Origin: Rhodothermaceae bacterium Tc-Br11_B2g6_7
GTDB taxonomy: Bacteria > Bacteroidota > Rhodothermia > Rhodothermales > Salinibacteraceae
DNA: 64,000 nt
NCBI GenBank assembly: GCA_001564055.1
Contig: LKNB01000011.1
Location: forward strand, 1,135-65,134
Reading direction: 5' to 3'
Below the pieces are notes generated by a model that searched no databases, was not told where the DNA came from, and was given only the letters and a program-made list of their open reading frames with translations. Within the stretch, counting starts at the first letter, position 1. The number at the start of each line of letters is the position of its first letter. The position numbers and the translations under genes are program-made. Positions 45,574-54,498 of this stretch are shown here, piece after piece.

Positions 45574-46791
45574 ATGAACCCTTACGCCCCCATGCGCCTG
45601 CTCTCTGCTCTTTTTCTTACTGTTAGCCTGTTTGCGTTCACCGTGGGTTCGTCGCTGGCACAGGACGCCACGGGCGAGCGCGACCTGCTGTACGTGGCCA
45701 ACCAGGGCGAAGCGTCCGTGGCCATCATCGACATGTCCACGCATGAGGTCATCGAAACCGTGGATCTCACCGCGCTCGGCTTTTCCGCCAATGCCTCGCC
45801 GCATCACGTGATTGCGGAGCCGGACGGGTCAGCCTGGTACGTGTCGCTCATCACGGAAAACACCGTGCTTAAGTTTAATGCAGACAACGAACTGGTCGAC
45901 CGCGCCACCATGGAGGCGCCCGGCCTGATGTCGCTCCACCCCACCGAAAATACGCTGTTCATCGCCCGCTCTATGATGGCGGTAAATCCGCCGCAGCGTA
46001 TTGGCATGGCGCCGCGTGATGACCTTGGTGCGCTGGAGGAGGTAGATGTGTTCTTCGACCGCCCGCACGCACTTGCCATCACCGCGGAGGGGGCGTTTGT
46101 GTACACGGCCAGCCTGGCCACCAACCAGCTCATCGGGCTGGATCCCGAGAGCCTGCGCGGCGACCTCTCTACCGTTGATGGCGCCCCGCACGTGATCGTG
46201 CAGCTCGCGGCCTCTCCGGATGGACGCCAGATGGCTGGGACGGGGCAGCTCACTGGTACACTGCTGCTGTTCGACGTGGCAGCCGACGGCCGCCTCACGC
46301 TTACCGATGAGGTGGCCGTCGGCGCACAGCCGTGGCATCCCATCTACAGCCCGGACGGTCGCCATATCTACGTGCCCAACAAGCAATCGAACACGGTGAG
46401 TGTGGTAGACGTGGAGCAGCGGGCAGTAACCCACACGATGGAGCACGACGCCTTTGCTGAGCCTCACGGCGCCGCGCTCTCCCCCGATGGCCGCCACCTC
46501 TACATCTCCAATAACCACCAGCGGGGGATGATGGAGGATATGATGCAGGACATGGCCGCCACGGCAGGGCAGGGGGGCACCCACGGCGACCACAGCGACC
46601 ATGGGAATGACCACGGCGACCACGGTCACCACAGCAATCACGGGGACCACAACGGTCATGAGGGCCACGATCATAGCACGGGCGATCGCCCCGGTACGAT
46701 TGCGGTCATCGACACCGAGACGCTGGAGGTGGTGCAGGTGATTGAGGTTGGCGTCTACCCCACCGGCATCGGCACCCGCCAGTGGCAGTAG
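45574..46791 (+). CDS. secreted YVTN/YncE-like beta-propeller protein with a Met/His-rich insert
   Basis: Signal peptide. Repeated LYVANQGEASV.. / HIYVPNKQSNTVSVVD / HLYISNN blades. Insert MMEDMMQDM...HGDHSDHGNDHGDHGHHSNHGDHNGHEGHDH. Confidence 0.75.
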   Translation: MNPYAPMRLLSALFLTVSLFAFTVGSSLAQDATGERDLLYVANQGEASVAIIDMSTHEVIETVDLTALGFSANASPHHVIAEPDGSAWYVSLITENTVLKFNADNELVDRATMEAPGLMSLHPTENTLFIARSMMAVNPPQRIGMAPRDDLGALEEVDVFFDRPHALAITAEGAFVYTASLATNQLIGLDPESLRGDLSTVDGAPHVIVQLAASPDGRQMAGTGQLTGTLLLFDVAADGRLTLTDEVAVGAQPWHPIYSPDGRHIYVPNKQSNTVSVVDVEQRAVTHTMEHDAFAEPHGAALSPDGRHLYISNNHQRGMMEDMMQDMAATAGQGGTHGDHSDHGNDHGDHGHHSNHGDHNGHEGHDHSTGDRPGTIAVIDTETLEVVQVIEVGVYPTGIGTRQWQ

Positions 46792-46840
46792 AGCCGAGCC
46801 TGTCGTCGGCCTGTACCGGCTATCCCCCGTCGTCTCCGGC

Positions 46841-46955
46841 TTGCTGGCGCGATCCTGCGCTGAGGATGACGGGGGTTAAAGGCGACCGTGCCTCAGGCTA
46901 CAAAACCCCCAAACGCCCACACCCCCAAACGCCCACACCCCCACACGCCATCCCC
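46841..46955 (+). repeat. family A intergenic repeat unit, C-rich strand on +, ending directly at the ATG of the FG-GAP lipoprotein gene
   Basis: The reverse complement aligns with 34814-34930 (…GTGTGGGCGTTTGGGGG…GGCACGGTCGCCTTTAAC…GTCATCCTCAGCGCAGGATCGC). The plus strand reads CCCCCAAACGCCCACACCCCCAAACGCCCACACCCCCACACGCCATCCCC-ATG. Confidence 0.75.
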
Positions 46956-48830
46956 ATGCCCTCCCTCCGCCACCTACTCGCCCTCACCCTCGTGCTGTGC
47001 CTGGGAACGGCCTGTGCTACGGTTAGCCCCGATGCTGAAACGGATCGCCCGGAAGCCCGCCCGGCATTCCCCCAGGACTACGAGCGACAGGTGGCCCCGT
47101 TTGAGGTGCGCGATGCGGAAGGGGTGCCGTACGACCATCCGTTTACCGGTGGCTTCAACAATCCGCGCCCGCAGTTTGTGGACATCAACGGCAACGGATA
47201 CCCGGACCTGTTTGTGCAGGAGCAGTCAAATCAGCTCATGTTCTTCGAGAACGTGCCCAACGGCGAGGGCGGACGTACACTCGAATGGCGCACCGACCGG
47301 TTTCAGGAGCTGCCGGTGGGGGAGTGGTTTCGGTTTGTGGATCCGCAGGGCGACGGGCAATACGATCTGATTTCTGAGTCGCCCTTCAACTACATTCGCT
47401 ACTACCGCAACACCGGGACCCCAGAGGCGCCAGCCTTCACGCTGGCGGCGGACACCCTGCGCGATGTGCACGGCGAACCCGTCTTCTCGGATCGGCAGAA
47501 CATCCCCAACATCGCGGACATCGACTGCGACGGCCTCCCCGATCTGTTCCTGGGGCGGCTGGATGGCACCATCACGCGCTTCAAAGCTAAGGGGTTTGAT
47601 GAAACCGGCATCCCCCAATTCGATCTCGTGACTGACCGCTTTGAGGGCATCGAGATCATCACCCAGTTTGGGACGATGGCCCACGGAGCGAATTCGCTGG
47701 CATTTGCGGACTACAATGATGATGGCCAGATCGACCTCTTCTGGGGCGACTTTTTTGAGCCCAGTCTGCTCCTCATCGAAAACCAGGGCCGGTGCGGGGC
47801 GCCGGACTTTCGGACGCAGCCACAGGTGTTTCCGCCCAATGACCCGGTCCAGTCCTCCGGCTACAACGCCCCGGCGCTCGTGGACTGGACGGGCAACGGC
47901 ATCAAGGACCTGTTCGTGGGGGTGCTGGGCGGGGCGCACGATCCCAACGCCACGCTGGATGCCAACTTCCTCTACTACGAAGCTACGGCGCCCGATATGT
48001 ATGAGCTGCAGACCGAGACCTTCCTGCGCACCATCAACATTGGCAGCGAATCGACGGCCGCTGCCGGTGACCTGACGGGCAATGGCGCCAAGGATCTGCT
48101 GCTGGCCAACCGCATCGACCCCGACAACCGCCAGACCTCCACGGTGCATTTCTTCGCCAATGAGGGCACGGCGCAAACGCCCGACTTCCAGTACCGGGGC
48201 ACGCTCGATCTGCCCAAGGTGTACGACTACGCCCCCGCCCTCGGCGACCTGACGGGTAATGGCGACCTCGATCTTGTGCTGGGTACCTGGCGTGGCGAAC
48301 TACTCATCTACACGAACGACGGGCTCGACGACGATGGCATTCCGCAGTTCGTGAAGGACGACACGCACGCGCTGGAGACGCCGCGTGGCAACACCTCCAT
48401 CCCCTCGCTCGTGGACCTGAACGGCAATGGCCTGCTCGACATCGTGACCGGCGCCTCAAATGGGCGCGTGTACCTCTTTCAGAACGAGGGTACGGCAGAG
48501 GCGCCGACCTTTGCCTTGCAGGAAGACGCCTTTGATACCGTAAAGCTGGACCGCCGCAGTGCACCGGCCTTTCATGATGTGGACGGCAACGGCACCCTCG
48601 ATCTGGTCCTGGGCTCGGAAGGGGATGGGCTGGTGATGCACCGTAACCTCGGCACGGGGCCGGCCCCCGTATGGGGCACCCCGGAGCCGCTGCCGCTGGA
48701 CGTTCCGCGGTACGCGACGCCGCTCTTCGTGGATCTCTATGACACCGGCGCCCCGGCGTTGCTGCTTGGCGGGCGCGGTGGCGGTCTCGTTTACTTTGGC
48801 CCCGCATCTCCACCTGTCGCCCGTAACTGA
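46956..48830 (+). CDS. FG-GAP/VCBS repeat (CRTAC1/ASPIC-like) lipoprotein
   Basis: Lipobox LCLGTAC. Many repeats of the D(I/L)(N/D)GNG.(P/L)D(L/I) type (DINGNGYPDLF, DIDCDGLPDLF, DYNDDGQIDLF, DLTGNGAKDLL, DLNGNGLLDIV, DVDGNGTLDLV). Confidence 0.8.
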   Translation: MPSLRHLLALTLVLCLGTACATVSPDAETDRPEARPAFPQDYERQVAPFEVRDAEGVPYDHPFTGGFNNPRPQFVDINGNGYPDLFVQEQSNQLMFFENVPNGEGGRTLEWRTDRFQELPVGEWFRFVDPQGDGQYDLISESPFNYIRYYRNTGTPEAPAFTLAADTLRDVHGEPVFSDRQNIPNIADIDCDGLPDLFLGRLDGTITRFKAKGFDETGIPQFDLVTDRFEGIEIITQFGTMAHGANSLAFADYNDDGQIDLFWGDFFEPSLLLIENQGRCGAPDFRTQPQVFPPNDPVQSSGYNAPALVDWTGNGIKDLFVGVLGGAHDPNATLDANFLYYEATAPDMYELQTETFLRTINIGSESTAAAGDLTGNGAKDLLLANRIDPDNRQTSTVHFFANEGTAQTPDFQYRGTLDLPKVYDYAPALGDLTGNGDLDLVLGTWRGELLIYTNDGLDDDGIPQFVKDDTHALETPRGNTSIPSLVDLNGNGLLDIVTGASNGRVYLFQNEGTAEAPTFALQEDAFDTVKLDRRSAPAFHDVDGNGTLDLVLGSEGDGLVMHRNLGTGPAPVWGTPEPLPLDVPRYATPLFVDLYDTGAPALLLGGRGGGLVYFGPASPPVARN

Positions 48831-48841
48831 CCGATCCCTGT

Positions 48842-49387
48842 ATGCCCGCGCCCTGGCCGCTCCTCAACCGTTCGTTGCGCGGCGACTACCGCGTCTTCAC
48901 CGTGCATGAGGAAACGAGCCGCGCACCGGCCACGGGCACGACGCACGACTTCTACGTGATCGATTCGCCCGACTGGGTCAACGTCGTGCCGGTGACCGCG
49001 GAGGGCGAGCTCGTGTTTGTGCGGCAGTACCGGCACGGCACGAAGGAGGTGACGCTGGAAATCCCTGGCGGTATGGTAGATCCGGGCGATGACGACCCAG
49101 CAGCTGCGGGGCTCCGGGAGTTGCGCGAAGAGACGGGCTACATCAGCGATCGGGTGATTGACCTGGGCGTAGTAGAGCCAAACCCCGCCATTCAGTCGAA
49201 CCGTTGCTACACCGTCCTCGCCCCCGATGCGTACCGCGTCGGTCCGCCCCAACCCGATGGCACGGAAGACCTTGACGTCGTCCTCATCGACCCGGCTACG
49301 GTTCCGCAGCGTATCCGCAGCGGTGAAATCACGCACGCCCTTGTCGTGGCGGCCTTCTACCTGTATGACGCGTGGCGTCGTGCGTAG
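48842..49387 (+). CDS. NUDIX hydrolase (ADP-ribose pyrophosphatase-like)
   Basis: Nudix box GGMVDPGDDDPAAAGLRELREETGY. 181 aa. Starts 11 nt after the previous stop. Confidence 0.85.
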   Translation: MPAPWPLLNRSLRGDYRVFTVHEETSRAPATGTTHDFYVIDSPDWVNVVPVTAEGELVFVRQYRHGTKEVTLEIPGGMVDPGDDDPAAAGLRELREETGYISDRVIDLGVVEPNPAIQSNRCYTVLAPDAYRVGPPQPDGTEDLDVVLIDPATVPQRIRSGEITHALVVAAFYLYDAWRRA

Positions 49388-49419
49388 TGCTGCAGAACCG
49401 TTAAGCGTAAGAGGACGCG

Positions 49420-50112
49420 CTAAAACGCGTAGCCTACACTAATGCCACCCCAGGGAAACGCGCGCAGCGTATAGTCAGAGACCCACAGGATGGGGGTCAG
49501 TCCTACACGGAAAAGCACACCCTGGCGCTCGGGCTGGTAGCGGTAGCCTACGATGGCCGTCCCGAACACACGACGCGACGGGTCCACGTCCAGGTTGAGA
49601 GCGCCGATGGTTTCCATGGTGCTGTTGTCCCAAAGCAATGTGGCGCCCAATCCCAGCTCCAGTCCGCTGGCGCGGGCGCCGGTCAGGTAGCTAAACGTCA
49701 CGGGTATCGAGCGGACGTGACCGTCCCGGTCGGTCGTAAGGCCAAAGTAATCTCCCTGGCTGCTTACCTGAGAATACCCGATGCGTCCACTCCATCGCCC
49801 GGCGAGGTGCCGCTCGTAGTTCACACTGTACGTGGCCCCAGACCCCAGCAACTCAACGAAAACGCGGTTGCGGGCCAGGTTCTCAAACGGGGAGGGGTGT
49901 GCGACGTGTAGGGACGCTGTAGCGAAGGAGTCCGCCGAAACCACAGACGCGTCTGTCGCTGATGAAGCGGTCGTCATTGGTGTGTGCTTCACCTGCGCAT
50001 GGGCAACGCGCGGAGCCAGCGCCATCAGCAGAAGTGTGCAGAAGAGGGCTGAAGCGAGCACAGCAGGGATACTGCGAAAAAACGACCCACGGTAGTTTTG
50101 ATTGGCCGGCAT
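49420..50112 (-). CDS. hypothetical outer-membrane beta-barrel protein
   Basis: Signal peptide ending AHAQ. Alternating hydrophobic beta-strand pattern. C-terminal ...GISVGYAF aromatic terminus. Confidence 0.45.
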   Translation of the reverse strand: MPANQNYRGSFFRSIPAVLASALFCTLLLMALAPRVAHAQVKHTPMTTASSATDASVVSADSFATASLHVAHPSPFENLARNRVFVELLGSGATYSVNYERHLAGRWSGRIGYSQVSSQGDYFGLTTDRDGHVRSIPVTFSYLTGARASGLELGLGATLLWDNSTMETIGALNLDVDPSRRVFGTAIVGYRYQPERQGVLFRVGLTPILWVSDYTLRAFPWGGISVGYAF

Positions 50113-50288
50113 GGCAAGACCTCACTGGGATGTCGGTGGTATGCCCCTGTATCCGCCGTGTGCGGGCGCTGGGTGCATAAAAAGGTATAATAAGGACCGC
50201 ACCCCGATGCGGCATGGTAGTTCCCAGTGGAGGAAAATATAGGGGCTCGCCGATACGGGCGGCTTGCCACTTCAATATAATATGATAT

Positions 50289-50308
50289 GGCAGGCCGTTA
50301 ATCCTGCC
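50289..50308 (-). terminator. weak hairpin downstream of the M28 peptidase gene
   Basis: GGCAGG-CCGTTAAT-CCTGCC, followed on the minus strand by an A/T-rich run (ATATCATATTATATT). Confidence 0.3.
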
Positions 50309-50357
50309 GACTGTATATGAGTACCCCATGCCATGCAGGCACCCAGCGCGCTGCGTT

Positions 50358-52937
50358 CTATTGCACTTCCGCCCAGTCCCAGCCGTGCATCCCGCGTTCG
50401 TTGACCGCACGGACCTCAATAGCGTCGGCATCGGGCAGCGCCTCGTGCGTGAAGGACCGCTCCTCGGTTTCGAACACCTCCGTTTCGCCGGTTGCGTGGG
50501 TCACCTGCACCTCAAAGTGGGTGATGTCCGTTTCCAGCGGCTCTTCCCAGGTGACCGTATCATCGGCCCGTTCGAGGCCGCGGATCATGGACGGCGTGTG
50601 GGTCAGTTTCACGAAGACGCCCGTCGTGGCTTGCGCCACCGCCCGCACGAGGTGGTGGTTGATGGTCTCGAACCGGTCGGTGGGCTGGTGGTAGTTGGGG
50701 TTGCCCAGGATGGGATAGGACCCGATGCCGCCGATGACGTCCCCGTAGGCTTCAAAGAACACCTGGGCGTCGGTAAAGCGGTAGTAGCGGGAGTCGTACG
50801 TGATGAGGTCGGAGAACAGGTGGGCGGAGGCGTGCTGAATGTCGCGGATGCCATAGTTGGAGAAGCGGATGGTGTTGTCGAGCCGGTGGTGGCGCGTCCA
50901 GCCCATCATGTCATTGTTGATGACCCCGGCCACCTGCAGGCCTTCTTCATCCGCGCGGCGTACAAACTCGCGCGCGCCCAGCAGGCCCGCCTCCTCCGCC
51001 GTCAGCGAGGCAAAGATGATGGTTGCGGGCAGCTCCTTGTCCTTGAGCACCCGGGCCATCTCCATCAGAATGGCTGTGCCGGTTGAGTTGTCATCCGCGC
51101 CGGGGCTGCCCAGCACAGAGTCGAAGTGGGCACTGTAGATGTAGGTGACCTCCGGGTGCGTGGTCCCCTCCAGCCGGGCGATAACGTTCGCCGTGCTATC
51201 CCGGTTGTTCGGCATAAACCATTGCAGCTCGGGCTCATAGCCAAACGAGGCCAGCGTTTCGTAGATGTACGCGCTGGCCTTCCGATTGCCAGGCTCGGTG
51301 TAGTACTTCGAGTCGAAGTCGTAGAGCGCCTTCTGGTGCTCAGAGAGGCGCGTGATATTGACCTCTTCGGTGGCCGCCTCTACCGTTTCCCGGATGGGCG
51401 CGAACATGGCTTCGGCATTGGCCCGCAGGGCTTGCTCGGCTGCTAACTGCGCCGCGATGCGGTCGCGCAGGGTCGCCTCCGAAATCCGCGTGGTGAGGTC
51501 GACGAGAAAGATGCCTTCCTCCTCGGATATCGTGTTGCCATCGCGCTGAGCGCGGATCAGCAGGCGATCGCCCGCACGGGAGGGCACCCACTCGTATTCC
51601 ATCGACACCGTGCGCACGGTGTTGTTGTGGAAGAGGCGATGGGCGTCGCCCGAGGCTACATCGTACACGTGGGAGCGCCGGTGCCGAAACTCGCCCATCT
51701 TGGCGAGCAGCTGGTCGTCCGAGAGGAAGTGGGGAAAGAGCTCGTGCTGGATGTCGCGCGTGAACTGGCGCGTGTCGCCCGTCTCGGTATCGGTCAGGTA
51801 CACCTGCCAGCTGATGGTGGGCTGCTGGTTGAAGGCCAGGTGGCGACCACTGGGGGAGAGGGCGGGGGAGCGCACTGTGGCGGTAGTGCTGTGGATGGTA
51901 TGAGAGGAGTCTGGCGAGGCCAGGCGCCGACTGTGGAAGCGCGTGGTGTCGCTTGCCGCTGTCTGGTAGACAACGGTCGAGCCGTCAGCGGAAAGCAGCG
52001 GTGCCGTGCCTGTGAAGATGGTCTCGCTTCCGTCGCCCATGCTGAGCAGCACCACCTGCCCGCCACGCTCGCGGCTCTCGGTGGGGCGCTCCACGTGGTC
52101 GTCCGGGACGGGAATGGGGGCTTCGGATGCGAGCCTGTAGAGTAGCATGTCGCTGTTGGCCGCCGGCACCGGCGCAACGCGGTACCCGGGGCCTTCCGGA
52201 TGGACCGGGGTGAGCGTGGCACCCTCATCGGACAGGCGGTAGATGGACGAGTGATCGGGCTGATCTTCCCGCATCCCGGTCACGAACAGGTGGCCTGTCT
52301 GCGCATCGTAGAGCGGCGCCGTAACGAGCAGCCCGTCGTGCGGCAGCGGCGTGGACGCCTCGTCGGCAAACGTGCGCTGGCGGAGCTGCGTGGCGCGCGC
52401 CACTTCCCAGCCCAGCGCGCGGCCCAGGCGGCGAACCTCGGGGGCGTTGCGGGCTTGCCGGGCTTGCTGTAGCTGCTCGGCCAGCACGCGCACGGTGTCG
52501 GTGGGGGTGGTCTTCAGGTAGGCGCCGGACTGCCCATCGGGGGCAAACGCCAGGTCCGTTCCTTCGAACCGGTCGATTTCCACGGGCGCATCGCCGCTTA
52601 CATCCAGCACGTGCGTGAAGGTCATGCCGTTCGCGCTGTGCTCATAGGCGGCCAGCTGACCATCGGGGCTGAACCGGGGATTCGCACCGTCCTCCGCCAA
52701 CTCCATCGTACGGTACAGCTCGCCGGTGATCAGCGCGATATCGTCGAAAAAGGCCTCCCCGTCGGCATGATCCAGCACAGCCCGAAAGCCCTCCAGGGCG
52801 TCCACGTAGTCGCCGGCATCCCACGCCAGACGGGCATCGTCGAACAGCGTGGCCGCGTCGTCCTCAGCCGCCATGGCCGGGAGGACGAGCATGAACAACA
52901 AAGCAAAGCACAGCAGGCGCGGTAGCAAAGAGCGCAT
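50358..52937 (-). CDS. secreted multidomain M28 aminopeptidase with an N-terminal TolB/PD40-like propeller region and a C-terminal Fn3-like domain
   Basis: Signal peptide from ATG 52937. PD40-like segments (RFSPDGQLAAY, AFAPDGQSGAY, ALSPSGRHLAF). M28 zinc site (SAHFDSV, GADDNSTGTAILMEMA, LTAEEAGLLGAREF). Confidence 0.8.
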   Translation of the reverse strand: MRSLLPRLLCFALLFMLVLPAMAAEDDAATLFDDARLAWDAGDYVDALEGFRAVLDHADGEAFFDDIALITGELYRTMELAEDGANPRFSPDGQLAAYEHSANGMTFTHVLDVSGDAPVEIDRFEGTDLAFAPDGQSGAYLKTTPTDTVRVLAEQLQQARQARNAPEVRRLGRALGWEVARATQLRQRTFADEASTPLPHDGLLVTAPLYDAQTGHLFVTGMREDQPDHSSIYRLSDEGATLTPVHPEGPGYRVAPVPAANSDMLLYRLASEAPIPVPDDHVERPTESRERGGQVVLLSMGDGSETIFTGTAPLLSADGSTVVYQTAASDTTRFHSRRLASPDSSHTIHSTTATVRSPALSPSGRHLAFNQQPTISWQVYLTDTETGDTRQFTRDIQHELFPHFLSDDQLLAKMGEFRHRRSHVYDVASGDAHRLFHNNTVRTVSMEYEWVPSRAGDRLLIRAQRDGNTISEEEGIFLVDLTTRISEATLRDRIAAQLAAEQALRANAEAMFAPIRETVEAATEEVNITRLSEHQKALYDFDSKYYTEPGNRKASAYIYETLASFGYEPELQWFMPNNRDSTANVIARLEGTTHPEVTYIYSAHFDSVLGSPGADDNSTGTAILMEMARVLKDKELPATIIFASLTAEEAGLLGAREFVRRADEEGLQVAGVINNDMMGWTRHHRLDNTIRFSNYGIRDIQHASAHLFSDLITYDSRYYRFTDAQVFFEAYGDVIGGIGSYPILGNPNYHQPTDRFETINHHLVRAVAQATTGVFVKLTHTPSMIRGLERADDTVTWEEPLETDITHFEVQVTHATGETEVFETEERSFTHEALPDADAIEVRAVNERGMHGWDWAEVQ

Positions 52938-53310
52938 AACCTTTAGGGCAAACGTTAGAAACAGGACAAGGCGATGCCAAAGGTACGAACGCGCGGGAGG
53001 AAAATACAGGCGCCGAGAAAATGCGCGGTGTTTGGCTGTGGGCCCCGCCGTTTTACGTCTGAGGCCGTGGCTGACGGGGTGCACAGGGCGGCTCCGGGGT
53101 GGAGACCGTAGCCAGCCGATAGGTGGGAGATCCCTCGATCGGTGTCGAGGGCAGGCGCTTGCTCACAGGCATTCGTCAAGATGACTCGGATGGGGACGCT
53201 CAGGAATGGGCGCAGGAATCCATGGCCGTAGACGAGTCGGGAGCTGGTGGCTGTCGTGAAGGCATTGTATACTGAGGGCCGCACATGTCTCATCCATCCG
53301 CCACACCACC

Positions 53311-54474
53311 ATGATGTCGCTTCCCCGCCTGCGCGCGCTCCTCCTCGTCGGCTTACTCCTCTCCTGGGCCAGCCTGGCGCAGGCACAGGACGTCTATGTG
53401 CCATCGTATGGGCCCGCGTGGGAGACGCGGTCTGCTGAGGAGGCCGGGTTTGATGCGGAGCGCCTGGCCACGGCGGTGGAGCGGGCTCAGGCCGCGGCGT
53501 CCGACATTCCCACGGACCTTGACCTCTACATCGCGCAGGCCTTTGCCGGCGAGCCCCACAACGAGATCATCGGGCCGACGAAGGAACGCGGGCCGGTGAC
53601 GGGCCTCATCCTGCGCGACGGCTATCTGGTGGCGGAGTGGGGCGAGCCGCACCGCGTGGACATGACGTTTAGCGTCACGAAGAGCTTTCTATCGGCCACG
53701 GCCGGCATCGCGGTTGACCGCGGACTGATCCGCGATGTGAACGACCCGGTGCGTGCCTACGTCCAAGATGGCGGCTTTGACTCGGCGCAGAACCGGGATA
53801 TCACCTGGCATCACCTGCTCAACATGACGAGCGAGTGGGAGGGGACGCTCTTCGGCAAGCCCGACTGGGCCGATCGTCCTACGGGGCAGCGCGGGCGGTA
53901 CCACGAGCGCGAACTGGAGGCGCCGGGGTCGCGGTGGAAATACAACGATGTGCGCGTAAACCGGCTCGCGCTGTCGCTGCTGCGGGTGTTTCGCGAACCG
54001 CTGCCGCGCGTCCTACGCGAGGAGGTGATGGACCCCATCGGCGCCTCCCGCACCTGGCAGTGGCATGGGTATGAGAACTCGTGGGTAGAAGAGGAGGGCC
54101 TCCATGTGCAGTCGGTGAGCGGCGGGGGGCACTGGGGCGGCGGTATGTTCATCAGCGGCCGCGACCTGGCGCGCTTTGGGCTGCTGACGCTCCGCCGGGG
54201 CCAGTGGGGCGAGAGGCAGCTGCTGTCCGAGGACTGGATCGAGCGCTCGCTGACGCCCACGGAGCAGCGCCCAACCTACGGCTACATGAACTGGTTCGTG
54301 AACACGGAGCAGGAGCTGTTGCCCAGCGCCCCGGCCTCCGCGTTCTATCACGCCGGGGCCGGCGCCAACATCGTCTACGTAGACCCCGAGCACGACCTCG
54401 TAGTGGTCCTGCGATGGATCGACAACAGCCAGCTGGACGACATCATCGCGGCGGTGCTGGAAGCGATGGAGTAG
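53311..54474 (+). CDS. serine hydrolase, beta-lactamase/transpeptidase-like family
   Basis: Signal peptide. SxxK motif in MTFSVTKSF. 387 aa. Confidence 0.8.
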   Translation: MMSLPRLRALLLVGLLLSWASLAQAQDVYVPSYGPAWETRSAEEAGFDAERLATAVERAQAAASDIPTDLDLYIAQAFAGEPHNEIIGPTKERGPVTGLILRDGYLVAEWGEPHRVDMTFSVTKSFLSATAGIAVDRGLIRDVNDPVRAYVQDGGFDSAQNRDITWHHLLNMTSEWEGTLFGKPDWADRPTGQRGRYHERELEAPGSRWKYNDVRVNRLALSLLRVFREPLPRVLREEVMDPIGASRTWQWHGYENSWVEEEGLHVQSVSGGGHWGGGMFISGRDLARFGLLTLRRGQWGERQLLSEDWIERSLTPTEQRPTYGYMNWFVNTEQELLPSAPASAFYHAGAGANIVYVDPEHDLVVVLRWIDNSQLDDIIAAVLEAME

Positions 54475-54498
54475 GCATGCGGCAGGGTGCGAACGCGG

